A stretch of DNA of 64,000 nucleotides from Histomonas meleagridis 2922-C6/04-290x. Lineage: Eukaryota > Protista > Parabasalia. The stretch lies in assembly GCA_020184695.1 (NCBI GenBank), contig JAANOX010000242.1:200824-264823 (forward strand), written 5' to 3'. Position 1 is the stretch's first letter; each line of letters begins with the position of its first letter. The notes below the pieces were generated by a model, which worked only from the letters and a program-made list of their open reading frames with translations, was not told the DNA's origin and made no database searches. This document shows positions 1-9,003 of this stretch, piece after piece. The position numbers and the translations under genes were made by a program.

Positions 1-450
1 AAAAATTGTTCTGGGAAAAAATTGAAAAAAATCAAAATCTGATTCGATCGTTAACTGCTATTCCAAAGAGGAATATTACGAACCTACCACAAGGTCAAAG
101 ATACCAATGATAGCTTCCAATAGATTTCATGCAGTGAATTGAACCTCCGCCTTGGGTTAAATTGAATATATTGTCTCTACACAACTTCACCTGATTAAAT
201 ATTCAACCATCAGACACAGGCAGATGATTTTGGACGGCTAATCACTACCATTGAGCCAAAAAATAACATCAAAAATATATGGTGACATTATAATTTAATT
301 CATCAACTTCGAAAATACAATGAACTTGTGCTGCCTTTTTTACTGTTTGTAATTTTTCAGTGACCTCTTGAAAAATGAATTAACAAAATAAAATATATCG
401 AATTCGAGATTTATTAATAAATGTTTTGGATCGAATATGATTCAATTGAT

Positions 451-2058
451 TTATAGCCATTGATCATTTTCCTTAATAATGAAGTCTTTAAATTCTTTGT
501 TGATGACTTCTGCGTTATCTTTTGATGAACTTATCGTTGTCATTTCTTTTTGCGTATTCGAATTTCCTTTTTGTTTGCGTTGAATTAAAAAGAGAACGAG
601 TCCAATCATAAGTAATACGATGATTACTGCACCACAGATAATACCAATTAATGCACTTTGTGGAATTGTATCATTTTCGTGTAAATCATCATGAAGTATT
701 GTATAGAAATTAGAATAATAAATATAATACGTCGAATATTGATAAAGAATATATTCATATGTAATAAATTCCGAATAAATATAATAATATGTCGAATGAG
801 TTAATGTAATACTAATCGAATTCGTAATCATCGATTTGGAAATAATCGTTTGCGTAATGGAATATGTGGAAATTATCGTATGAACAAATGTTCCATCGAA
901 TTGTAATGAATCAGAAAGTGAACTTAAATATGTATATGTATTCGAATTTGTAAATGTATTTGATTTAATAAATATATTCGAATTAGTAATTGTATTCGAT
1001 TTAATAAATGTATTCGTATTAGTAAATGTATTCGAATTTGTAAAAATATTCAAATTAGTAAATGTATTTGATTTAGTAAATGTATTTGTTTGTGTAAAAG
1101 TTTGAGTTTCCGATGGACTGCATCCATCAATACTTGTCCCTTTGATTGCATTTTTTCCTCCAAATGTATTACTATTATATGAATCGATTATCATAACATA
1201 TCTTGCGGGAACCTGATAAAAAACATCTGACCCAAAAATACTTGATCCAAATTCTGGTTCACTTTCACCATAATAATATATACATTGAAGACTTGTGCAC
1301 CCATAAAATGCAGAGCTTCCAATTTTGGTAACTGATGATGGAATTATTATATTAGTTAATGAAGAACAGTATTGAAATGCACTATTTCCAATTGTGTTTA
1401 CATTTTCGTGTATTGTTATTGATCTTAAACTTCTGCAATTATTAAACATTGCATTTGAAATTGAAGCTACTAAATTTGGAATTGTAATGCTTGGTAATGA
1501 TGAACATGTTTGAAATGCAGCATATCCGATTGTATTTACATTATTACCAAATGTTACTAAATTTAATGATGAACATGTTTGAAATGCATAATCTCCAATA
1601 GAAGTAACACAATCACCAATTTCAACTGAAAATAATGAAGTCCACTCAGAAAAAGCATTTTCTCCAATTTCTTCAACGCCGCCAGTGATTATAACATGTG
1701 ATGCTTCTTTTTTATATTCACTCCTATTTTTATATTCTTCATCAGTAGTTATAGTTAGTGTTCCTAATTGAAATGTTTCAATAGATTGTGTAAAAAAGAG
1801 AACAAATAAAAGAAAAAGAATTTTTGATTCGATTTTATCTTTTTTATGAATGTTTTGAGTAATTACGTTTACTTTGTAAATAACAACAAAAAACAAAATG
1901 GTTATTGGAATGATTTTGGAAAGAAAAAAATTTTGTACAGAATTTAAATATTCACCAAAAAATTTAGTAAAGAGCAAAAATCTTATATAGCAAATGACAT
2001 TAAAAAGAAGGTGTGAATCTGATGAGTGCTGTTGTACCGGAAAAATCAAATTTAACAT
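451..2058 (-). CDS. BspA-like (TpLRR/LRR_5) surface protein with S/T-rich SNTF stalk, TM helix and short tail ending DQWL
   Basis: Repeats of the type IGxxAFxxCxSLxxIxIPxxVxxI, then CIYYYG cap, (S/T)NTF repeats and TM segment ALIGIICGAVIIVLLMIGLVLFLI. The true start may lie downstream of the first ATG. Confidence 0.9.
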   Translation of the reverse strand: MLNLIFPVQQHSSDSHLLFNVICYIRFLLFTKFFGEYLNSVQNFFLSKIIPITILFFVVIYKVNVITQNIHKKDKIESKILFLLFVLFFTQSIETFQLGTLTITTDEEYKNRSEYKKEASHVIITGGVEEIGENAFSEWTSLFSVEIGDCVTSIGDYAFQTCSSLNLVTFGNNVNTIGYAAFQTCSSLPSITIPNLVASISNAMFNNCRSLRSITIHENVNTIGNSAFQYCSSLTNIIIPSSVTKIGSSAFYGCTSLQCIYYYGESEPEFGSSIFGSDVFYQVPARYVMIIDSYNSNTFGGKNAIKGTSIDGCSPSETQTFTQTNTFTKSNTFTNLNIFTNSNTFTNTNTFIKSNTITNSNIFIKSNTFTNSNTYTYLSSLSDSLQFDGTFVHTIISTYSITQTIISKSMITNSISITLTHSTYYYIYSEFITYEYILYQYSTYYIYYSNFYTILHDDLHENDTIPQSALIGIICGAVIIVLLMIGLVLFLIQRKQKGNSNTQKEMTTISSSKDNAEVINKEFKDFIIKENDQWL

Positions 2059-2199
2059 GACGAAATGGAAGGTATTTTCCTGGTCGTATTATTCAAAAAG
2101 TTTATACAAAAAGCCACTCGGGATTATTGAAAAAGTTGTTTTTTCTTGTCGTTTTTTTAAACGATAAATTTCTATTCAAAACAATTGGCTAGACTTCAA

Positions 2200-2811
2200 A
2201 TGGTAAGTGTTTTCTTCTATGTGCCAAATCTAATCGGGTATGCACGTGTCATATTGATGTTTGCGGCTTACTTTTTTGCCTGTAGCAATCCAATATTGTT
2301 TTGCATTTGTTATGCATTATCACAAATCTTGGATATGTTTGATGGAATGGCTGCACGTAGGTTTAACCAAGCAACAAAATTCGGTGCAATGTTAGATATG
2401 GTTACTGATAGGTGTTCTACTGTTGGATTACTTATGACAGTTTCCAATAGAATTCCATCACTTCAAATTTTCTGCCATATTTTCATATGGCTTGATATCT
2501 TTAGTCACTGGGCACATATGTTGGCATCATTAAGCGCTGGTGCTGGATCCCACAAAAACGTTAGAAGTGGTCCAAAGCTTCTTCAATATTATTACAAGAC
2601 AAAGTGGTTCATGGTACTTTTGATTATTGGAGCAGAAGGTCTTCCACTTGCTATCTATCTCTCTAGTTTCCATTTCAAGGAACCATTAAGTCAAATCATC
2701 AACTTTTTGATTTTGATATTTGCACCACTTTTCTTCACAAAGCATTTCATCAACGTCATCCAATTTATGAATGCAAGCGTTTCGCTTGATCATCCACCAA
2801 AGAAGGAGTAA
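2200..2811 (+). CDS. PIS1: CDP-diacylglycerol--inositol 3-phosphatidyltransferase (phosphatidylinositol synthase)
   Basis: VFFYVPNLIGYAR N-terminus and CDP-alcohol phosphotransferase motif DMFDGMAARRFNQATKFGAMLDMVTDR. ATG at 2200 preferred over the TTG at 2185. Confidence 0.93.
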   Translation: MVSVFFYVPNLIGYARVILMFAAYFFACSNPILFCICYALSQILDMFDGMAARRFNQATKFGAMLDMVTDRCSTVGLLMTVSNRIPSLQIFCHIFIWLDIFSHWAHMLASLSAGAGSHKNVRSGPKLLQYYYKTKWFMVLLIIGAEGLPLAIYLSSFHFKEPLSQIINFLILIFAPLFFTKHFINVIQFMNASVSLDHPPKKE

Positions 2812-3158
2812 AACATGAATTTTTACGAACATTGAAAAAGTTATTTTCTCTTTCACTTTTTGTGCATTTTAGATGGCTGTGGGTGCATTGAAATTTTTGC
2901 TTTAATTTGATTTTGTTCATCGGTTTTGAAAAACTTTTTTTAAATCAAAAAGAAAATGTTTTTTACTGAAATATCACCACTATATGTGCATTAATGTTAA
3001 TAAATAACTGTATTGAAAGAATGGTTAAGGTCCTTATAAAATTATGGCTTCAATATAAATTAAAGAAGTTTGATTTTATGTGTTTATAAAACAAATAAAT
3101 TTTAAATGTTTTATCACAAAAATATTAAATCACAATTTATTCACTTAAATCTTCTTAC

Positions 3159-6131
3159 TTAATTATATTCATTATTCGAAGTCGCCAATGCCAAATTAAT
3201 ATGATGCAAATTTGTCGGATAAAAGTTTCGATGCACACAATCGATAATCGGATTCTTTTGACTTAAGTCCAATTTATACAATAATTCGTTTGTTCCTATT
3301 TTCTCGCAAATATATTTAACGTCATCATCAAACAATGTTTCGTTTATATTGTCATACGAATCTATTGAATATATAACTTCGTCCAATTCCAAAAGATCCA
3401 AAATCAAAATCAAATCTTGCAATGTCAAATTTGACATTTTCGAAGCTATTTCAACAATATCAATTCCGGGCTCACCATTAATTATTTCCGCTGTTTTCAT
3501 AATTAACTTCGTTTTCATATCGTCATCAATTGATCCATCAGTTCTAACCCAAAAATGAGGTTTAACGAAATGATTTGATGAATCTTCGAACAAATGATTT
3601 ATCCCATAAACGTAGGAAACATAAATTGGCAAAAGAGAATTTGAATTAATTCGATAAATATAATCGAATTCTTCCAAATAATTCATTGCGGTGAATATCA
3701 AATTATTATTAAAACTTTTATATAAATTTAATATTACGTCAAGTGAAATACCTTTTGAGAAATGTTGTAATATAAATGAATATAATAATCGACATAAAAG
3801 TATCAAATCAGTGTTATCTTGTGTTTGATATATCAATATAAATAATTGCATAAAAGTCGATTGAAGTGATTCGCAATAATCACCTTTATAATTCTTATAA
3901 ATTGCATGAAACTCTTTCTCTGTTTGCTGTGCATAATTTACTTCAAACTCAGGCAAATTTGGATAATTAATTGCCGTAGATACAAATTGATAACATGATG
4001 AAATACGAATTTTCTTAAACGATTCAGTCATTGATGACTTTTTAGGATTACTGATTATATCTTTCGAATTAATTGTGTCGACTTTAGGTGGCTTTAATAT
4101 TATAGAAACAGGTGTTTCTTCATTAAGAATATATGTACATGATCCTTCATCACTTTCTTTATGTGAAATTAATTCGGGATCTTTTGATGCTTGGATAAAA
4201 CCTATGATATCTTTATAATAACTTGGACGGAAACTTAGGTTAAACTCTTGGAAAGCTTTTGTACATTTAAATGACGATTTTTGAAATCTGTTTTCTTCTT
4301 CAACGACATTTTGTGTTAAGAACCGCGATAACTTCAGAAAGAAAACGGCTTCATTCAAATCGCTTGAATCAATTTCACACAAAAGTTTCTTTGCTTTATT
4401 TACCACATAACATGAACTTGGACACATTGAAATTATTTTTAAACGTTCTATCAGTTCACCTAAATATGGATTCAATCGAAAACGTAATTGTGAAACATTA
4501 AATTTGTTAAAATATTCAATTGATGTTAATTCATAACAATCAGAATTTATATCAAACCTTGAAATCACTGAGGAAATATTTGATGTAGTATAATAAAATA
4601 AATCACGATAATCTTTATATTTGGTCATTAAAAACATATGTCGATTATTTGGGCGTACTAAATATGAATCAATTACCATTTTATTAATGGTTTGAATCAT
4701 CTTTAACATCTTTTTCCATTGCCTTGGAAAAGTTCCTATATAACCATTTGGAAATATTATAGAAATTGATGCTAAATAATTAAAAATGACATTAATATCA
4801 AAATTCTTTAAAAATGTAAAATTATCAATGTCTAATTCATCTACATATAAAGTTGGATTTGGTTCAAAATTGGTTTTAAGTTCACAAAAATCTGAAATTA
4901 AACCTTGCTTTGGATATTGAATAAGCCTTTCATCTATCTTTAAGAATTTGTTTTCTATGGCTCGAAGAAGTCTAATCCAATCAAATCCAACTTTAGATAT
5001 ATATTGTTCAACTTGAGCATAATGATAGGGAAATGTGATGTGAAATGGTGGTACAATTGTTTTTTCGATAACTCTTTGGATCATTGGATTTGCAAAATCT
5101 CTTCCTTTCCTGTTCATAGAATATTGTTTTAGCCAAAGTTGCACAGAATGTGGGTCAACAAATTCCATCAAAGAGATTGTTTGATAAACACGATGAAAGT
5201 CTATAATTTCTGATCGATTAGTAAAATCATATGAAAGTTCATACCTACCAAAAAAGTTAAATGCGTTTGTTCTGACCATTTGATAACTTTTCTTAGATTT
5301 TTTTTTCAGATAGATATACATGAAAATTTTTGATGATGTCATTGCAGAAGCACCCTCTAGAAGATTTTTGGCAATCTGTTTAAACTCTTTGAAGTCTATT
5401 TCGTCCCTAATTCGTTTTGGCAGATTACTTACAAGAATATGCCGAAGCTTTGGTTCTCTAAGGAACACATCAGGAACATTACGAGTTCCAATTATTTTGG
5501 TATACAAATCAACAGAAAACGCATTTATAAAATCTTGAATTGTGAATTCATTAGTTGAAAATGTTTCAAAAATAAAAAGATGAGCAATCTCAAATCGAAT
5601 CTTTTTCATGGGAATATAACCATTTCTGATTGTGTCTTTTGCGCGAAATTGATCTTTTCGATAAACTTTAGTTGGTGTTAAATCGCTATCTTCTATTATT
5701 TTCTGTGCATTGTCTTCACTGTTTTCAGGCTTTTTCTTTTTTCTTTTCATTGCTTTTATTTCAATTGCCTTTTTTGTAAGATCATCCAAAAGTTTCTTTG
5801 CTTTTTGTACATCACTCTCATGATCATCATCTGTTTCACCTAAAACAAAAAAAGAAGTAGATTTTAAGGAATGATGACCAGGATAAATTATTAAAGGTTT
5901 TGTATGAGGGATGGCAAGATCAATTTGAAATAATCCAAATTCAAGAAGCTTTTTGGAAAGGTTTTCGAGTTTTTCTGATGACCATACATAATTTGGTATG
6001 ATTTGTTTTGTGATATTATAAACTTCAAGCATTGAAGCAATGCCATCATTAGATTTAATAAAATCCTCTATAGCATTTCCTACTTTTTCCCATAGTTTTT
6101 TTTGTGAGGGCTTTGAAGTTTTCTCTTTCAT
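3159..6131 (-). CDS. Large hypothetical protein (990 aa); C-terminus resembles the terminal winged-helix region of TFIIIC subunit 1 (GTF3C1/Tfc3)
   Basis: Long uninterrupted ORF. C-terminal PHFWVRTDGSI...IINGEPGIDI...LILILDLLE pattern; the TFIIIC assignment is by-eye only. Confidence 0.75.
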   Translation of the reverse strand: MKEKTSKPSQKKLWEKVGNAIEDFIKSNDGIASMLEVYNITKQIIPNYVWSSEKLENLSKKLLEFGLFQIDLAIPHTKPLIIYPGHHSLKSTSFFVLGETDDDHESDVQKAKKLLDDLTKKAIEIKAMKRKKKKPENSEDNAQKIIEDSDLTPTKVYRKDQFRAKDTIRNGYIPMKKIRFEIAHLFIFETFSTNEFTIQDFINAFSVDLYTKIIGTRNVPDVFLREPKLRHILVSNLPKRIRDEIDFKEFKQIAKNLLEGASAMTSSKIFMYIYLKKKSKKSYQMVRTNAFNFFGRYELSYDFTNRSEIIDFHRVYQTISLMEFVDPHSVQLWLKQYSMNRKGRDFANPMIQRVIEKTIVPPFHITFPYHYAQVEQYISKVGFDWIRLLRAIENKFLKIDERLIQYPKQGLISDFCELKTNFEPNPTLYVDELDIDNFTFLKNFDINVIFNYLASISIIFPNGYIGTFPRQWKKMLKMIQTINKMVIDSYLVRPNNRHMFLMTKYKDYRDLFYYTTSNISSVISRFDINSDCYELTSIEYFNKFNVSQLRFRLNPYLGELIERLKIISMCPSSCYVVNKAKKLLCEIDSSDLNEAVFFLKLSRFLTQNVVEEENRFQKSSFKCTKAFQEFNLSFRPSYYKDIIGFIQASKDPELISHKESDEGSCTYILNEETPVSIILKPPKVDTINSKDIISNPKKSSMTESFKKIRISSCYQFVSTAINYPNLPEFEVNYAQQTEKEFHAIYKNYKGDYCESLQSTFMQLFILIYQTQDNTDLILLCRLLYSFILQHFSKGISLDVILNLYKSFNNNLIFTAMNYLEEFDYIYRINSNSLLPIYVSYVYGINHLFEDSSNHFVKPHFWVRTDGSIDDDMKTKLIMKTAEIINGEPGIDIVEIASKMSNLTLQDLILILDLLELDEVIYSIDSYDNINETLFDDDVKYICEKIGTNELLYKLDLSQKNPIIDCVHRNFYPTNLHHINLALATSNNEYN

Positions 6132-6155
6132 TTAATAAAATACGTTAAAAATTTA

Positions 6156-6413
6156 ATGAAAGAAGAAAGCTTTATAAAGAGATTTGTAAAAAGTCTTTTT
6201 GAGCCAGGTATTGGGCCTCTTTTGATCAACTTTACACGAATTGTTATTTTTACCATGTTTTGCTACTTTGCTATTATACCATTCTTTGAATATAATATTC
6301 ATTATGTAATTATGGCATTTTTATCATTTTGCTTTTTCCTTTCATTCGAATTTCTTGCTTACCAGCTGAAGAAGCATCCAGAAGTTCTGGTTTCGAACAA
6401 AAAAGAAGAATAA
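6156..6413 (+). CDS. PKR1: Small ER membrane protein, V-ATPase assembly factor PKR1-like
   Basis: SLFEPG motif followed by two hydrophobic helices separated by NIHY, as in fungal Pkr1 (SVFEPG...NIHF). Confidence 0.7.
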   Translation: MKEESFIKRFVKSLFEPGIGPLLINFTRIVIFTMFCYFAIIPFFEYNIHYVIMAFLSFCFFLSFEFLAYQLKKHPEVLVSNKKEE

Positions 6414-6707
6414 AAAATATAATATATCTTTTTCAATTTTTTTTTTCTTGGCTACCCAATGAGACTATAGAAGGCTATTAAGGACATGATATTAAACTTG
6501 ATATATTTATAATAGAAGAAATAAAATTAATCTTATTACTCAGAATTAATTCTCATTTTTATTAAATGCCTCAAAAACCCAAGTGGTGCATGATATTTTT
6601 TTGTATGTGTTACATTCTTATACAATTAATTTGCTAATGAATATTCATTAGTGTTATCATTGAAAAAGATTAGTTTAAAAATAAAACCAAGCATAGCTCT
6701 GGACAGT

Positions 6708-6887
6708 TTACTCATCCTTTTTGCTGTTCTTTTTGATTAAGCCAGCTTTGGCACGCTTTACATTGCGAAGGAATTTACTGTTCATTCCCTTAGTGAACCA
6801 AAGTTGAACATTTCTGGCTTTCTTAATTCCGTTGCGATGCCATTGGTGACTTCTGTTGTGTGCTGATGTGTTGCTGCGCTTTGCCAT
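6708..6887 (-). CDS. RPL29: 60S ribosomal protein L29 (eL29), 59 aa, absent from the supplied ORF track
   Basis: Manual translation MAKRSNTSAHNRSHQWHRNGIKKARNVQLWFTKGMNSKFLRNVKRAKAGLIKKNSKKDE*, matching eL29 motifs HRNGIKK and KFLRN. Confidence 0.92.
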   Translation of the reverse strand: MAKRSNTSAHNRSHQWHRNGIKKARNVQLWFTKGMNSKFLRNVKRAKAGLIKKNSKKDE

Positions 6888-6890
6888 GAT

Positions 6891-6906
6891 AAAAGGCCAA
6901 ACCGTT
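6891..6906 (-). promoter_or_regulatory. Trichomonad core promoter: M3 (AACGGTT) plus M5 (CCTTT) upstream of RPL29
   Basis: Minus strand reads AACGGTTTGGCCTTTTATCATG. HRCSGTT (M3) and CCTTT (M5) are described T. vaginalis core promoter elements, M5 typical of ribosomal protein genes. CCTTT also precedes NAC-alpha. Confidence 0.65.
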
Positions 6907-7528
6907 AATAAGAGACCGTTTGTAATTCACCAAAAATGTGTGCACAAAAAATTATTATTGTTATAAAAAATATATTTTTCATGGTTATGTTCTGTGCCAT
7001 TATAAATATGAACGAAATGTAAAAATTTCTACTTTAGAATTACCATAAAAGTTATCAAATGATATAAAAGAAATTGTTTTGAATCTTAAAGATACAACAT
7101 CAGTTTTAAGATATGTTTCAATAAAGAATTATAAAGAAGAATTGATAAACTTTTTTACTTTTGTTCAATTAATCATTAAAAGTTCGAATCTAAATTTATC
7201 TTATGAATTACTCAATAAAATGGAAAAATTTTTTGTTAACATTTTTTCATTTATACGAAATAATTTTTCTGACAAACTTTTTGAATATTTTTCAACAATA
7301 TAAAATCCAACTTCTTATGACATTTATTATTTAAATATCATTGGAATGAAAGTTGCAAATGGCATTGCTTTGTGATTGCTTTTCGATTCAATGAACGTTT
7401 GCGGAATGCATTGATAAAAATGTAAAGTATATAAAAATGTTATATTTTGTGAACTTTATATTTATTTTTGATAGCTCGATAGAAACGTACCTTTCAAAAA
7501 TTAAAGGAGACCGTTTTTCTAACAAGTT

Positions 7529-8497
7529 ATGAACAAAAAAGGAAAGAAATCAAAGATTGATGAATTTGTGGAAATGGGTGTGAATGCCATCATTCGCCCA
7601 CCTAGAAGTGAATATGATCCAAATTCACTTCCTCTCAAGGTTTTTATTCCTGGCTATGGAAATGTTGATCGCAAACCAATTTCTTTTAAAAATAGTCGAG
7701 GGCTGAAGATTGTTGGTTCTTTCTATGCCCCATCTTTTCAAATTCCAGAAATGTCATGTGTTGTTTATCTTCATGGCAATGCCTCTTCCCAACGTGAAGG
7801 AACATTTCTAGTTCCTGTTTTTGTTCCTTCTGGTGTTGGTGTTCTTTGTTTTGACTTTGCCGGTTGTGGTGCAAGTGAAGGTGAATATATATCACTTGGC
7901 TTATTCGAAAAAGATGATGTTGCGTGTGCCATTAATTTTGTTCGAGAACAATTTGGTGTTGGAAAAGTTGCCATATGGGGTCGTTCTATGGGTGCTGCCA
8001 CAGCCTTTTATGCAATGTCAGAAGATCCGACAATTGCTGGAGCCGTTGCAGACTCTTCATTTTCATCACTTCCCATCCTAATTGGAGAGCTTGGGAAGCA
8101 ATACAATGTTCCCACAGTTGTTTCCAAATCTGCTGTTTGGTATGTTTCTGGGAAAATCGAAAAACTTGCGAAATTCGACATCCGAAAAGTTGAACCAATT
8201 GAAGCAGCGAAGACGTGTTTCACGCCAGTTCTAATTATACATGGGTTAGATGATAATTTCATCAATTTCCATCATTCGCAAGATATCTATGACAAATATG
8301 CTGGCGACGACAAAGACATTTTACTTGTAGAAGGAGATCACAATAGCGAAAGGCCTATGGAGGTAAAAGTGCAAGCGATAATGTTCTTGGCAAACATTTT
8401 GGACTGTCCAATAGTTATGGACGAGATACCAATGTTGTTGCAGCAATCTGGAAGACACCATTTCTCTTCTTTCGAAGATATGTTATGTCAAATGTAA
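7529..8497 (+). CDS. Alpha/beta hydrolase (clan SC serine peptidase-like, ABHD/YqkD type)
   Basis: YLHGNAS, FDFAGCG, nucleophile elbow WGRSMG, IIHGLDD and catalytic His in GDHN. Confidence 0.9.
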   Translation: MNKKGKKSKIDEFVEMGVNAIIRPPRSEYDPNSLPLKVFIPGYGNVDRKPISFKNSRGLKIVGSFYAPSFQIPEMSCVVYLHGNASSQREGTFLVPVFVPSGVGVLCFDFAGCGASEGEYISLGLFEKDDVACAINFVREQFGVGKVAIWGRSMGAATAFYAMSEDPTIAGAVADSSFSSLPILIGELGKQYNVPTVVSKSAVWYVSGKIEKLAKFDIRKVEPIEAAKTCFTPVLIIHGLDDNFINFHHSQDIYDKYAGDDKDILLVEGDHNSERPMEVKVQAIMFLANILDCPIVMDEIPMLLQQSGRHHFSSFEDMLCQM

Positions 8498-8789
8498 ACG
8501 CCAAAATTTATTTTACTGTTTAATTATCTTGAAAATTATAACGAAGTTTTGTAAGAATAATTAAATGAATGAACGAAATAATTAAACATTATTTTATTTG
8601 CAATAAAAAAAATTTTATATTTGAGGAAATCAATTTTTACTAATTGACGAAATATATATATGTACTTGCAGCTCTATATTAAGTCCATAGTATGAACTTG
8701 AATATATATTAATAAATCTATTATTTTTATATTGAAAGATTCTATTTTTAAAACTTTAAAAAAAAAATTCATTTATTTTTAAAAATATA

Positions 8790-8986
8790 CAAGAAGGAAT
8801 TTATATTATGACAGAAGATGTTAAATTAACATGAATAATATTTATCTATATTGTTTAAAACTCAAAAATAATATTTGGAAATTATTAAATTTATTTGAAA
8901 CTGCACTTATGTTGGCACCAAAAAATTCTCATGTAGAAATTGTTAAATTAATTCGTAAAAAATTAAATAAATGTACGTTTTGTTAA
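8790..8986 (+). pseudogene. Orphan ankyrin unit (partial core + 83-nt spacer + terminal core), convergent to locus A
   Basis: Reads QEGIYIMTE-[83-nt AT spacer containing CAAAAATAATATTTGGAAATTATT]-TALMLAPKNSHVEIVKLIRKK...*. Confidence 0.7.
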
Positions 8987-9003
8987 AACAAATAATCCGA
9001 TCA

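Noticed and set aside
1-300. Possible decayed coding sequence or RNA gene at the window start
   Set aside because: Stops in all frames and no recognisable RNA structure; cannot be supported.
2200-2210. ATG|GTAAGT looks like a 5' splice site at the start of PI synthase
   Set aside because: The frame is continuous and matches the expected VFFYVPN N-terminus; there is no downstream ACTAAC-AG acceptor.
7079-7303. Short AT-rich ORFs (also 11569-11868, 11850-12107, 24269-24487, 52435-52767, 61538-61792, 62014-62265) and the many antisense ORFs inside real genes
   Set aside because: No recognisable motifs; expected by chance in AT-rich DNA or as shadows of coding strands.
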